Below are positions 20,438 to 34,608 of a DNA stretch of 64,000 nucleotides, one piece after another. The position numbers were made by a program, and so were the translations under genes. The DNA comes from an uncultured delta proteobacterium (GTDB lineage: Bacteria > Myxococcota > Myxococcia > SLRQ01): contig CAVSGM010000001.1 of NCBI GenBank assembly GCA_963727485.1, positions 640,001 through 704,000 on the forward strand, in the 5' to 3' direction. Each line of letters opens with the position of its first letter. Position 1 is the first letter of the stretch. The notes under the pieces were generated by a model, which was not told the DNA's origin, did no database searches, and saw only the letters and a program-made list of their open reading frames with translations.

Positions 20438-22198
20438 ATGGACGTCACCGAGCTCCTCGAGGTGAAGGCCGCGCCCCAGGCGGTCTTCGACGCCCTCCCG
20501 GCGCGCCGGGACCGGGTGCGCTTCATGGTGCCCCGCTCCGGCGGCGGCCACGACCCGGTGACCCTCGGCGCCTTCGCCGAGGCCATCCGCGGCGTCGCCC
20601 TCTGGCTCGCCGCCGGCCCCCTGAAGCCCGGGGAGCGCGCGGCGGTCTTCGCCCCCAACCGGGTGGAGTGGGGCACCGCGGCGCTCGCGATCCAGGCCGC
20701 CTCCGGGGTGATGGTGCCCATCTATCCCGGGAGCACCGCCGACCAGGCCGCCTACGTGGTTCGCCACGCCGACGCCCGGGTGGTCTTCGTGGACACCCCG
20801 GTGCTCCTGGCGCGGATCCTCGAGGCCTGGAGCGCCTACGCCTCGGTGCGCCACCTCGTCCTCCTCGACGACGGCCTCGACGTGGCCAGGCTCCACGCGG
20901 AGCTCGCCCACGGCGACGGCCCCCACGGCGACGGAGACCTCCCGAGCCTCGCCGAGGTCGAGGCCAAGGTGGTGCGACTCTCGGCGGTCCTGGGCCACGG
21001 CGCCGCCCGGCACCAGGCCGACCCCGAGGCCCTCGATCAGCTCCTCGCCGCCGTCGACGTCGATCGCCCGGGGCTGATGCTCTACACCAGCGGCACCTCC
21101 GGGAGCCCCAAGGGCGTGCCCCTGACCCACCGCAACGTGGGGGTCAACGGCGCCGACTGGCTCCGGTGCTTCGCGCCGATCCTCGAGGACGACATGGTCG
21201 ACCTCTTGTGGCTGCCCATGAGCCACATCTTCGGCTTCGGCGAGCTGTGCCTGGGCAACACGCTGGGCTTCACCACCTACCTCTCGGACCCGGCGAGCGT
21301 GCTCGCCCGGATGCCCGAGGTGCGCCCCCAGGTGTTCATGAGCGTGCCCGCCTACTGGGAGAAGCTCGCCCTCGCCGCCGCCGAGGACGACGACCCCGCC
21401 GCGCGGCTCCAGGATCTCACCGGCGGCCGGCTCACGGTGTGCCTCTCCGGAGGCGCCGGTCTCAAGACCGAGGTGAAGCAGCGTTTCCAGGACGCGGGGA
21501 TGCTCGTGGTCGAGGGCTACGGCCTCACCGAGTGCTCGCCCACCCTCACCCTGAACCGCCCCGACGACTTCCGCTTCGACGCGGTGGGCAAGCCGCTGGC
21601 CTCGGTGGAGCTCAAGCTCGCCGACGACGGCGAGATCCTCGCCCGGGGCGCGAGCGTGTTCGCCGGCTACCACAAGGATCCCGGCGCCACCGCCGAGTGC
21701 TTCACCGACACCGGGTGGTTCAAGACCGGGGACGTGGGCCGGTTCACCGAGGACGGGTTCCTCCAGATCATCGATCGGAAGAAGGACATCCTGGTCACCG
21801 CCGGCGGCAAGAACGTGCCCCCGGCGAACCTCGAGGTGCGCTTCCGCGACGACCCCTTCATCGAGCACCTGCTGGTCTACGGCGACGGCCACAAGTACCT
21901 GGTGGCGGCGGTGTGGCCGCGGGCCGAGGCGGTGGAGAGGTGGCTGGTCGGGCACGCGGAGGGCGAGGCGCGGGATCACGCGATCCGGGCGCTGCTCGCC
22001 GAGCGCATCGAGACGGTCAACGCCGGCCTCGCCCGCCACGAGACCATCAAGGACTTCGTGGTGATCGACGCGCCGCTGACCGTGGAGGCGGGCCTGCTCA
22101 CCGCGTCCCTCAAGGTGCGGCGCAAGGCGGTGTACCAGCGCTACCGGGACCGCCTCGAGGCCCTCTACCAGGCCCCGCGCCAGGCGGCGGGCGGATGA
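20438..22198 (+). CDS. Long-chain fatty acid--CoA ligase (AMP-dependent)
   Basis: [41 protein letters not shown]. Confidence 0.92.
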   Translation: MDVTELLEVKAAPQAVFDALPARRDRVRFMVPRSGGGHDPVTLGAFAEAIRGVALWLAAGPLKPGERAAVFAPNRVEWGTAALAIQAASGVMVPIYPGSTADQAAYVVRHADARVVFVDTPVLLARILEAWSAYASVRHLVLLDDGLDVARLHAELAHGDGPHGDGDLPSLAEVEAKVVRLSAVLGHGAARHQADPEALDQLLAAVDVDRPGLMLYTSGTSGSPKGVPLTHRNVGVNGADWLRCFAPILEDDMVDLLWLPMSHIFGFGELCLGNTLGFTTYLSDPASVLARMPEVRPQVFMSVPAYWEKLALAAAEDDDPAARLQDLTGGRLTVCLSGGAGLKTEVKQRFQDAGMLVVEGYGLTECSPTLTLNRPDDFRFDAVGKPLASVELKLADDGEILARGASVFAGYHKDPGATAECFTDTGWFKTGDVGRFTEDGFLQIIDRKKDILVTAGGKNVPPANLEVRFRDDPFIEHLLVYGDGHKYLVAAVWPRAEAVERWLVGHAEGEARDHAIRALLAERIETVNAGLARHETIKDFVVIDAPLTVEAGLLTASLKVRRKAVYQRYRDRLEALYQAPRQAAGG

Positions 22199-23238
22199 GC
22201 CCGCCGGTCGATCCCAAGGTGCTCGGGCGCCTGAAGAATCTCCTGCGGCTCCCGGTGAAGCGGCCCCAGGTGGGCGTGACCCCGGCCCAGGTGGTCCACG
22301 CCGAGAACAAGTGGCGCCTCCTGCGCTACGCCCCCCGGGCCGCGGGGCTCGCCTTCGACACCCCGATCCTCCTGGTGCCCTCGCTCATCAACCGGCACTA
22401 CGTCCTGGATCTGATGCCGGGCAAGAGCCTCGCCGAGTGGCTGGTGGCCCGGGGCCACGAGGTCTACTGCATCGACTGGGGCCGGCCCGGGCCCGAGGAC
22501 CGGTACCTCGACTTCGACACCATCACCGACGGGTACCTGGGCCGGGCGGTGCGCCACGCGGCGAAGGCGGCGCCCTCGGGGAAGGTGCACCTGCTCGGCT
22601 ACTGCCTCGGGGGGACGCTCACGGCGATCCACGCCGCCGCCCGTCCCGAGCGCGTGGCCTCGCTCACGGTCCTGGCGGCGCCGGTGGCCTTTGGCGACGA
22701 GGGGCTCCTGGCGCGGTGGGTGCGCAGCGAGACCTTCGACGTCGACGCCCTGGTGGACGGCGCCGGGAACGTCCCCTGGCAGCTGATGCAGTCGGCCTTC
22801 CACCTCCTGCGCCCGACCCTCGGCCTCGCCAAGCTCATCCACCTCCTCGATCGGGCCTGGGACGACGTCTTCCTCGACGGCTTCCTCGCCCTGGAGACCT
22901 GGGGGAACGACAACGTCTCCTTCCCCGGCGAGGCCTACCGCCGGTACATCGGCGAGCTCTACCGGGACGACGCCCTGATGCAGGGGACCTTCCGCCTCTC
23001 GGGGCGGCCGGCGCGCCTCGAGGCCATCGCCTGCCCGGTGCACGTGGTGACCTTCGCCCACGACAACATCGTCCCCGAAGCGAGCGCCGTCCCCCTGGCG
23101 ACGGCGGTGGCGTCGGCCGATGTGGTCCATCGGTCGCTGCCGGGGGGCCACGTGGGGGCGGTGGTGTCGCGGAAGGCCGCGCAGGGCCTGTGGCCGGCCC
23201 TGGCCGAGTGGTGGGAGGGGCAGTCCGGCCCCCGGTGA
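22195..23238 (+). CDS. phaC: Class III-type PHA synthase PhaC (copy 2)
   Basis: [50 protein letters not shown]. Confidence 0.85.
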   Translation: MSPPVDPKVLGRLKNLLRLPVKRPQVGVTPAQVVHAENKWRLLRYAPRAAGLAFDTPILLVPSLINRHYVLDLMPGKSLAEWLVARGHEVYCIDWGRPGPEDRYLDFDTITDGYLGRAVRHAAKAAPSGKVHLLGYCLGGTLTAIHAAARPERVASLTVLAAPVAFGDEGLLARWVRSETFDVDALVDGAGNVPWQLMQSAFHLLRPTLGLAKLIHLLDRAWDDVFLDGFLALETWGNDNVSFPGEAYRRYIGELYRDDALMQGTFRLSGRPARLEAIACPVHVVTFAHDNIVPEASAVPLATAVASADVVHRSLPGGHVGAVVSRKAAQGLWPALAEWWEGQSGPR

Positions 23239-23425
23239 GCGGGCGCTCCGGCGACCGTGGAGATCCTGAACGGCGTTCGATGTTCCGACGGAACCGTCGC
23301 TATTTCGACGGGCTCCGAACTGGGCTGTCCTGAAACAGGACACCCGCCTGTATCAGATAAGGCCGCTTCCGCTTCCGTTTGCGACGAAAGCGCGTAGACC
23401 GACGGGGTCCCACCCTGGAGGCCAC

Positions 23426-26542
<3,117 letters not shown>

Positions 26543-26656
26543 GGGCGGGTCGGGGCGCCCACGTAAGGTTCACAGTCCGGCGACGGGGTGGCTAGTGTCC
26601 CGCATCCCACTCACCGGGCGCCCTGTGCGGGTGCCCGTTCGCAAGGAGACTGCCAG

Positions 26657-27145
26657 ATGAACCGTCGCACCCTCCTCGGGTCCCTCGCGGCCCTCGTCGC
26701 CTGTGCCGCCTTTGGGCTCCTCCCGGCCGCCGCTCACGCCGACGCCGCCCCGGCGCCCGCCGCCAAGGCGGCCAAGAAGGCCCCCGCCAAGCAGGCCACC
26801 GCCAAGAAGGCGCCGGCCAAGAAGGCCACCGCCAAGAAGGCGCCGGCCAAGAAGGCGCCGCACGCCTACGCCTACACCGGCGAGGTCCTCGACCTCGACT
26901 GCTACCTCGCCCACGGCGCCCACGGCGCGGGGCACGCCGCCTGCGCCCTGGGCTGCCTCAAGGACGGCGCCCCCGCCGGGCTCCTCATCGGCCACCACGC
27001 CTACCTGCTCATCGGCGACAAGGCCCACATCGACGCCTACAAGTCGGTGCGGGGCATGGCCGCCAAGAAGGTCACGGTCATGGGCCACAAGATGTGGCGC
27101 CACGGCTTCCACGCCATCGTGGTCGAGGGCGTCAAGGGCAGCTGA
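26657..27145 (+). CDS. Exported His/Cys-rich putative metal-binding protein with Lys/Ala-rich linker
   Basis: AAGGAG RBS; MNRRTLL..AHA signal; AKKAP repeats; [10 protein letters not shown]...HAACALGC...P.GLL. Confidence 0.6.
   Translation: MNRRTLLGSLAALVACAAFGLLPAAAHADAAPAPAAKAAKKAPAKQATAKKAPAKKATAKKAPAKKAPHAYAYTGEVLDLDCYLAHGAHGAGHAACALGCLKDGAPAGLLIGHHAYLLIGDKAHIDAYKSVRGMAAKKVTVMGHKMWRHGFHAIVVEGVKGS
26770..26860 (+). repeat. 15-bp tandem repeat encoding [10 protein letters not shown]
   Basis: About six GCCAAGAAGGC(G/C)(CCG/ACC)-type units. Confidence 0.8.
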
Positions 27146-27167
27146 GCCCCGCCCTCCGGCGGGATCG

Positions 27168-27782
27168 TCAGTGCTTCAGGGCGAAGTCCTGGGTGACGGT
27201 CCCGCCGGCCTTCACGGTCACCGACCGCGCCGGCGCCTGGAGGTCGGGGTTCCACACCGCGAGCTTCCAGGTGCCCGCGGGGACCCCGGTGATCCGGTAG
27301 TGCCCCTGGTCGTCGACGCCGACGGCGAAGGGGTTCTGGTTCACGAAGACGTAGCCCAGCATCTCGGGGTGGATGATGCACAGCTGGGTGTAGCCCCCGA
27401 GGTGGTGGAAGGTGTAGGTCCGGCTCTGGTTGAAGCCGAAGTCCCCGAGGTTGTAGGTCTCGTGGTCCGGGGAGAACACGTTGTGCTCCACGTGGTCGCT
27501 GTTGTGGAAGCGCACGGTGTCGCCCTGGACGATGGCCAGGAGGTGGGGCTGGAACTTCAGGTCCTTCTGGTTCATCACGAAGGTCTTCTGGGGCCAGTGG
27601 CCCGGCACCTTCACCAGGTAGACGAAGGTGTTGCGCAGGTCCTTGGCCGGCTCGGCGGTGACCGTCCCCTGGAGGGTGCCGGTGTCCCCGGCGCGTGCGG
27701 CCCGCGGGGCGACGACCGCGAGGGCCGCCACCACGATCGGCAGGACCAGGCTGGGGATCCACAGACGTGTTTCGTCGCGCAT
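27168..27782 (-). CDS. Exported cupredoxin plus carboxypeptidase-regulatory-like domain
   Basis: GDTVRFHNSDHVEHNVFS and CIIHPEM type-1 copper ligand set; GHYRITGVPAGTWKL. Confidence 0.8.
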   Translation of the reverse strand: MRDETRLWIPSLVLPIVVAALAVVAPRAARAGDTGTLQGTVTAEPAKDLRNTFVYLVKVPGHWPQKTFVMNQKDLKFQPHLLAIVQGDTVRFHNSDHVEHNVFSPDHETYNLGDFGFNQSRTYTFHHLGGYTQLCIIHPEMLGYVFVNQNPFAVGVDDQGHYRITGVPAGTWKLAVWNPDLQAPARSVTVKAGGTVTQDFALKH

Positions 27783-27987
27783 GGTGAGCTCCTCTCTCTC
27801 CCGGCCTCTACCCGGACAATGGGCAGTCGAGGTCGAGGCACAAGGCAGAGGCGCCGCCGCCGGGCGGCCTTGTGCGCCACCGGGCGGCGCCTACCGTGCT
27901 CCGCGGACCGAGACCCGCCCCGCCGGGACGGCGCCCCGGCCCTCTTCTCCCGGACGGCCCCAGGGCCGCCGGAAAGCGAGGGTCAAG

Positions 27988-28413
27988 ATGAAGGAACATG
28001 CCCACTCTGTCTCCCGTCTGCGGCCGCGGGCCCCGACCCTGGTGGTCGCCGGCCTCGCGGCCACGCTCCTGGCCGCCGGCGGCTGCGTCACCGTGCGCTA
28101 CCGGCCGGCGCCGCGGCCCGTCACCGTCCACCAGGTCATCGCCTGGTCGAAGGCCAGCGTCCCCGCCAAGGCCATCATCCACCGGATGAAGGTCGCCCAC
28201 ATGGTCTATCGCCTCGACGCCTCGGAGCTCGCCAGGCTCCACGCCAAGGGCGTCCCCGACCCGGTGATCAACTACATGCAGCACACGTATCTGGCGGCGG
28301 TGCGCCACAACCAGAAGCTCCACGACTGGCGCTACTGGTGGTCCGGCCCCGACGGCTACTGGTACGGCGGCCCCGAGTGGAACGGCGACTGGGGCGGCGG
28401 AGACGAGGACTGA
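27988..28413 (+). CDS. Hypothetical lipoprotein
   Basis: LLAAGG-C lipobox; LARLHAKGVPDPVINYM; aromatic-rich tail. Confidence 0.6.
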   Translation: MKEHAHSVSRLRPRAPTLVVAGLAATLLAAGGCVTVRYRPAPRPVTVHQVIAWSKASVPAKAIIHRMKVAHMVYRLDASELARLHAKGVPDPVINYMQHTYLAAVRHNQKLHDWRYWWSGPDGYWYGGPEWNGDWGGGDED

Positions 28414-28535
28414 CGTACCCGCCGGGGGGCGGGTCCTCTGGCACCCCCTGGTCGGGCTCCCGCGCGATCCAACTGGCCTGATTCCCCGCGGCCTTCCTGC
28501 TATCGTCGAGATCGAGACTGGACTCGATCTGGGAG

Positions 28536-31500
28536 GTGGCCTTGAGGCAGCGGGAAGACGGTCTGGAGCGTCGGGGGAGCAGGTGCTGGAGCACCTGGCG
28601 AGCGGCGGTCCTGGCGGCGGTGGCCCTGACGGTGGGCGCGCCGGCCGGCGCAGCGGTGGAGGGCTGGGTCCAGGCCGGGAACCCCCCGCTCGCGAACCTC
28701 ACCGGCTACACCCAGACGCGCCTCCCGGACGGGCGGGTGCTCGTGGTCGGCGGGGCGGTGAGCGGCACGCCGAGCGGAAGCTGCTTCCTCTTCGACCCGG
28801 CGACCGGCGCGTGGAAGGCGGTGAGCTCCCTGGGTCACGCGCGCTACGACCACGCCGCGGCGCTCCTCGATGACGGCAGCGTCCTGGTCGCCGGCGGCCG
28901 GGACGCCACCGGTCCCCTCGCCACCGTCGAGCTCTACCATCCCGCCGGCGACTACTGGTCCCAGCCGAGCGCCACCCTCTCCGCCGCCCGCTGGGGCCTG
29001 ACCGCGACGCGCCTCGACGACGCCTCCATCCTCCTCGTCGGAGGTCGTAACAAGGCCGGCGCCCTGGCCACCGTCGACCGCTTCACCCTTCCCGGCACCC
29101 TGACCCCCGCCGGGGCCCTCACCACCGCCCGCTACGCCCACACCGCGACCCGGCTCTCCGACGGCTCGGTGGTGGTGGTCGGGGGCATCGACGCTGCTGG
29201 CACCGCCACCGGATCGGTGGAGGAGTACAAGTGGAGCGGGTCCTCGGGGACCTGGACCGCCCTGGCCAGCCTCCCGTCCTCGGAGACCCGCCAGGGCCAC
29301 GTGGCCCTCGCCGTCGGGGGGACCTTCCTCGCCGTGTTCGGAGGGTTCACCGACACCGCCGGGACCCAGCCCACCGACCAGGTGGACGTCCTGGAGAACG
29401 GCACCACCTGGAAGGCCTACGGCAAGGTCACCGGCGCCAGCGGGAGCCTGGCTGCGGCACGCCTGCCGAGTGGCTACGTGGTCCTGGTCGCCAGTCCCGC
29501 CTCGGGCGCGACGCCATCCCCGGTGTTCACCGCCCGGCTCTCGGGGGGCAGCCTGTCCACGGGCACCATCCCCGCGCTGCAGGGCCGGTACGCCCGGCCG
29601 GTGGCCACGCTCCTCCGTGGCGGCCGGGTCCTGGTGACCGGGGGCACGCCGTCGGCCTCGGCGGAGATCCTCGAGCCGGGCTTCCCCTCGGTGAGCACCG
29701 GCGGGTCCCTGGATCCCTCGCCCCACTGGCAGGCGGTGGTGCCGATGATCAACGGCGACGTGGTGGGCTTCGGGGGGGCGAGCAACACCGATCCCTACCT
29801 CGCCACCGTCGAGACACTCTCCAATCCCGCGTCGCCGACGGTGATCACCTGGCCCACCCCCCCGGCGGGCCGGCGTGGCATCCTCGGGGCGACCCTCCTC
29901 GGCGGGGACGTCCTCCTCGCCGGTGGGATCCTCAATGACCCCGCGGGCGGCGGATCCACGACCACCAACGCCTGTCTCCTCTATGTCCCGGCTACCGGTC
30001 TCCAGAGCTGCCAGGGGTCGTTGGTCAACAAGCGATCCAACGGGACCGCGACGCTGCTTCCCGACGGCACCGTCCTCCTCGTCGGGGGGGCCTACGACGT
30101 CAACGGGACCTGGGCGGAGCGCTACGATCCCTCCACGGGGACCTTCAGCGGGACGGGCACCCTCACCGGAAACGGCTTCGCCCAGACCGCGACCCTCCTC
30201 GACGACGGCGACGTCCTCATCGCCGGGGGCAGCCAGGGCGTCGCCACCTACCTCTACGACTACCGCGCCTCGACGCCCTTCACCCAGGTGGGCAGCATCG
30301 ACCAGATCCGCAGGGACGCCACCGCCACGCTCCTCGAGGACGGCCGGGTGCTCCTCGCCGGCGGTCGGACCACCTACCAGAACAACTCCGCCCTCGCCTC
30401 TGCCCTCGTCTACGATCCCGCCACCGGGAGCTGGTCCTCGGCGGGTGCGATGAACGTCCCCCGGGCCGAGGCGGCGGCCATCCGCCTCCAGGACGGCGAG
30501 GTCCTGGTGGTCGGGGGCCTGGACACCAGCGGTGCGCCCATCCAGGCCACCGAGATCTACGACCCGGTCACCAACGCCTGGCGGGCCGGCCCGCCGCTCC
30601 AGACCGGACGCCGGGATGCCCACCTCGTTCGCCTCTCCGACGGCTCGGTCGTCGTCTTCGGGGGCCTCTCGAGTCTCAACAGCGTGCCCCTCGAGGTCAT
30701 CGCCGGCCAGACCGCGACGTCCGCCGAGGCCTACACGCTGAGGGTTACCAGCGTGTCGCCCAACCCGGTGCGGCCCCTGCAGATTCTCACTGTCTCGGGT
30801 TCCTTCGACGTGACGGGTCCCGGGGACGGCACGCCCCGGGCCAGTGGCAGCGTGTACCCGGTGGTCCACCTCGAGAGCCGCACCGGGGGGCCGGATGTCC
30901 TGGCCCCGGTCAGCCTCGTCCTCGGCACCCAGATCAGCGCGACCGTGCCCGCGGGCACCCTCGCCGGCGAGTACTGGGTCCGGGTCGAGGAGGCGGGGGT
31001 CATGAGCACCGCCCAGCCGCTGGAGATCCTCCCCATGGGAGATTGCGCCTCGGGGTGCGGCGGCGCGTGTACGGCGAGCAATACCTGCTGCGAGCAGGCC
31101 TGCACCGGCGGTACCTGTGATGCCAGCGGCCTCTGCCACCCCACCGGCGGCGGCACCGACGGCGGGATGCCCGACGGCGGCGGCACGCCGACCGGGGGCA
31201 CCTGCAGCGTCGGCTCGGACTGTGCGTCGACCTACTGCGTGGGCTCGGTGTGCTGCGCCACCGCCTGTCCCACCGGTGACTGCTCCACCGGGACCTGCCT
31301 GCCCATTCTCGACGCCGGCACCGGCCCCGACGGCGGTGGAGGCGGCGGCCAGCCCGGTGACTTCTGCAGCATCGGCTCGGACTGCGCGTCGACCTACTGC
31401 GTGAGCTCGGTGTGCTGCGCCACCGCCTGCCCCACCGGGGACTGCTCCACCGGGACCTGCCTGCCCATTCTCGACGCTGGCACCGGCCCCGACGGCGGCG

Positions 31501-32823
31501 GGGGTGGCGGCCAGCCCGGTGACGTCTGCAGCGTCGGCGCGGACTGCGCGTCGACCTACTGCGTGAGCTCCGTCTGCTGCACCACGTCCTGCGTGGGCGG
31601 GGACTGCTCCACCGGGGTGTGCCAGACCTTCCCCGACGGCGGCACCGTGACCGACGGCGGCACGATGACCGACGGCGGCACCGGGCCCGACGGCGGCACG
31701 GTCACCGACGGGGGCACCGGCACCGACGCCGGCACGACCCCCGACGCCGGCACCGCCACCACGCCCCAGCTCTACGGGTGCCTCTGCGGCCAGGGCGGCA
31801 GCTCCCCGGGTTGGGCGGTCTTCCTCCTGGTGCTGGTCGTCCTCCGCGTCGACCGCCGCCGGCGCCGGGGCCTGGGCCTCTGGGTCATCCTCCTCGGCGC
31901 GGTCCTCGCCGCCGGCCCGGCCCGGGCCCAGTCGGCGGCGCCCCAGGCGGCCAAGGCCATCAAGAAGGTCGCGGTCCTCGAGCTCCAGGCCGGCCCCGGG
32001 GTCGACACCAAGCTGGCCCAGGTCATCACCCAGAGCCTCACCGCGTCGATCCAGGCCCGGGGGCCGAGCGTGGTCTCCAGCCAGGACATCAAGTCGGCGC
32101 TGGGCTTCGAGGCCCAGAAGCAGCTCCTCGGCTGCAAGGCCGACAGCGCCTGCCTGGCCCAGATCGGCGGCGCCCTGGGGGTGGACCACGTGGTCGCCGG
32201 GAGCCTCGCCAGGATCGGCGAGTCGTACGTGATGAACCTCCAGCTCATCGACATCGTCCACGCGTCGGTGAGCCGGCGGTACTCGAGGCGGGTGCGCGGC
32301 AGCAGCGCCGAGGCCTTCCTCGACATCGTCGACCCGGCGGCCAGGGCCCTCTTCCCCGAGGTGCGGGCGGCGCCCGGGGGGGTGGCGCGCGGCGCCCCGC
32401 CCGTGGCCGAGCCGTCGGGCCCCGGCCGTCCCCTGGGCATCGTCGTGGGGCTCCGGGGACAGGTCTTCCCGGGAGCGCCGCTCGGGGGGGCCATCGCCCT
32501 CTCGGTGGGCTGGCAACCCATCGACGCCCTCACCGTGTCCCTCGGCGGCCTCGCCGCCCGGCCCTTCGGCGCCTACCTCCGGGTCCAGTGGGTGCCCTTC
32601 AACGTCGGGGGGCGGGTGAGACCGCTGCTGGCCGCCGAGGTGCCGCTCCTCTTCTCCCAGCCCCTGGCCGCGGGGGCTGTCGCTCTCCCCCGGGGTCGCC
32701 GTGGGGATCACCCCCTGGCTCGACCTCACCTTCGAGGTGCCGGTCTCCTACGAGCTCGCCGCCCCCGCCGGCGCCCAGCGCTTCTGGATCTTCCTCGCCG
32801 GCGGCGTCGCCCTGCGCTTCTAG
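28536..32823 (+). CDS. Large Kelch-repeat surface protein with Cys-rich repeats, internal MYXO-CTERM-like anchor, second signal peptide, TolB-N/CsgG-like domain and small beta-barrel; frameshift near 32675
   Basis: Many HTATxLxDGxVLVAGG Kelch repeats; YGCLC-TM-RRRRR; corrected tail LSPGVAVGITPWLDLTFEVP...GGVALRF stops at 32823. Confidence 0.75.
31203..31640 (+). repeat. 162-bp tandem repeat (54-aa Cys-rich unit), about 2.7 copies
   Basis: Units start at 31203, 31365 and 31527, encoding CSxGxDCASTYCVxSVCC...GDCSTGxC. Confidence 0.9.
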
Positions 32824-32829
32824 GCGCCG

Positions 32830-34014
32830 CTACGGCTGGAGCCCCAGGGCGCCGACGATGGCGTCGGTGCCGGTGCCGGTCGGGATCGGGCCCAGGTCGA
32901 CGACCCGGCCCCCGGCGACGAAGCGCAGCCGGCGCAGGGCGGTGTTCTCCCGGGCGATCACCAGGCCCGCCAGCGGCCCCCGGTCGACCTCGACCATGGC
33001 CCCGGGGAGCCGCGGCCGCGGGCCCCGGTAGGCGACCTCGCCGGCGAGGCGGAAGGGCGCGGCGGGATCGCCGGTGCGCCGGAGGATCACCAGCGCACCC
33101 GCCAGGCCGCTGCTCACCAGCACCGTGGATCCATCCGGGGACACCGCCAGGTCCACCGGGTCCCGGATCGGTGTCACCACCTCGGCCGGGGTGAGGACGT
33201 CGCCCTCGAGGCCCACCACCGCCACCCGGTTGGGCGCCCTGGCGAAGCCGTTGTCGTCCGCGACCAGGAGCCAGCGGCCGTCGGGGGTGAAGGCCGCGGC
33301 GGAGACGATGGCGTCGCCGTCGCCGAAGGCCTCGGCCCCGGTGACGCGCAGGGGCGGGTGAAGCCAGGAGAGAAGGGAGACGTCGTCGGCGGCCGGGGCG
33401 CCGGGGAGGCCCTGGGCCACCAGCACCGCCCGGTGGGGCCGCCCGGGGACGAGGACGAAGGCCCGGGTGTTCCGCGCCGCCAGGATCCGCGTCGCCGGCC
33501 CCGGCGTTCCGTCGCAGGCCAGCGGCACCTGGTAGAGACCGCCTCCCTGGGCGGGCCAGCTCCCGTCGAGGAGCAGGAGCCGGTTGCCCCCAGGCGCCAT
33601 GACCACCCGGCTCACGTGCACCCCCGGCGACCACACGGCCCGCAGCACCGTCACCCCGCCGTCGTCGTCCACCCGGAAGATCCCCAGGGTCCCGTCGTCG
33701 TGGCGCACCACTCCCAGCCGGCCGTCGGGGGTGAAGACCACCTTCCCGCGGGTCGCTCGGCCGCCGAGGTCGAAGCCCTCGCCGGTGGGCGCCAGGCCGC
33801 CGTCCGGGGCCAGCCGCCACACGTCGTAGCGCGCCCGCGGGTGGCCCAGGGCGTCGTAGGGATGGCCCACGACCAAGAGCCGCGGCGCGTTGGCGGGCCG
33901 GGGGTTGGCGTGACAGGGCTCCGCGCCCCGTGCCTCGCCGGCGCCGAGGACGCCGAGGGCCACGGCCGCCACCAGGGCGGCGGGGATGGCGAGGCGCCAG
34001 GGTCGGCGGACCAT
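32830..34014 (-). CDS. Secreted beta-propeller protein (lactonase/YncE-like)
   Basis: Signal peptide; repeated FTPDGR / VSPDGS blade motifs. Confidence 0.65.
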   Translation of the reverse strand: MVRRPWRLAIPAALVAAVALGVLGAGEARGAEPCHANPRPANAPRLLVVGHPYDALGHPRARYDVWRLAPDGGLAPTGEGFDLGGRATRGKVVFTPDGRLGVVRHDDGTLGIFRVDDDGGVTVLRAVWSPGVHVSRVVMAPGGNRLLLLDGSWPAQGGGLYQVPLACDGTPGPATRILAARNTRAFVLVPGRPHRAVLVAQGLPGAPAADDVSLLSWLHPPLRVTGAEAFGDGDAIVSAAAFTPDGRWLLVADDNGFARAPNRVAVVGLEGDVLTPAEVVTPIRDPVDLAVSPDGSTVLVSSGLAGALVILRRTGDPAAPFRLAGEVAYRGPRPRLPGAMVEVDRGPLAGLVIARENTALRRLRFVAGGRVVDLGPIPTGTGTDAIVGALGLQP

Positions 34015-34020
34015 GCCGCC

Positions 34021-34608
34021 TCACCGCGCCGCGGGCCGCGCCTCGCCCCGGGCGACCCGCCGGGCCCGATCGCGGGCCACCAGCCCGTCGAGGAACCGGT
34101 CGGTGAAGGCCTCGACCGCCTGCCAGTCGGTGAGCTCCAGGTCCCGGTCGGTCTCGAGGCCGTGGGACCTGGCGATGCGCTTCATCACCAGGCGCACCAG
34201 GAACCCGTAGCGCGAGTAGGGCACGGCCCCGCCGAAGGTCGCCGTCGACGCCGGGCTCCACCCCGTGGCCGCGAGGAAGGCGTCCACGTAGTCCTGGGCG
34301 GTCTTGGCGTCCTCGGGCGTTTGGCCCGAGCCCGAGAGGCTCACCGAGTAGAAGGCGGAGGGCACCCGGGCGAGCAGGCCCCCGTAGCGCTGGACGAAGC
34401 GCGTGGCCGCGGGCTCGTGGCGGGCCACGTGGACCGAGGCGCCGAAGATCACCGCGTCATGGTCCTCGACGTAGAGGCCCGGGGTCTCGTGGGCGACGTC
34501 CATCACCGCCACCTGGTGGCCCCGGCGGCTGGCGACGCCGGCGATGTGCTCTGCGATCTTCGCGGCCTGCCCGTAGCGGCTGGAGTAGGCGACCAGGAGT
34601 CGTGCCAT
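34021..34608 (-). CDS. hemG: HemG-like long-chain flavodoxin (menaquinone-dependent protoporphyrinogen oxidase family)
   Basis: LVAYSSRYGQAAKIAEHI, DAVIFGASVH, FGGAVPYSRYGF, ELTDWQAV. Confidence 0.75.
   Translation of the reverse strand: MARLLVAYSSRYGQAAKIAEHIAGVASRRGHQVAVMDVAHETPGLYVEDHDAVIFGASVHVARHEPAATRFVQRYGGLLARVPSAFYSVSLSGSGQTPEDAKTAQDYVDAFLAATGWSPASTATFGGAVPYSRYGFLVRLVMKRIARSHGLETDRDLELTDWQAVEAFTDRFLDGLVARDRARRVARGEARPAAR

Noticed and set aside
20045..22198. Apparent PhaE-acyl-CoA ligase fusion (717 aa)
   Set aside because: An extra A near 20387 shifts the frame; the corrected PhaE-like gene stops at 20432 and the ligase has its own RBS and ATG at 20438
31203..31640. Long direct repeats as a possible CRISPR array
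   Set aside because: These are in-frame 162-bp coding repeats without unique spacers, and no cas genes are present
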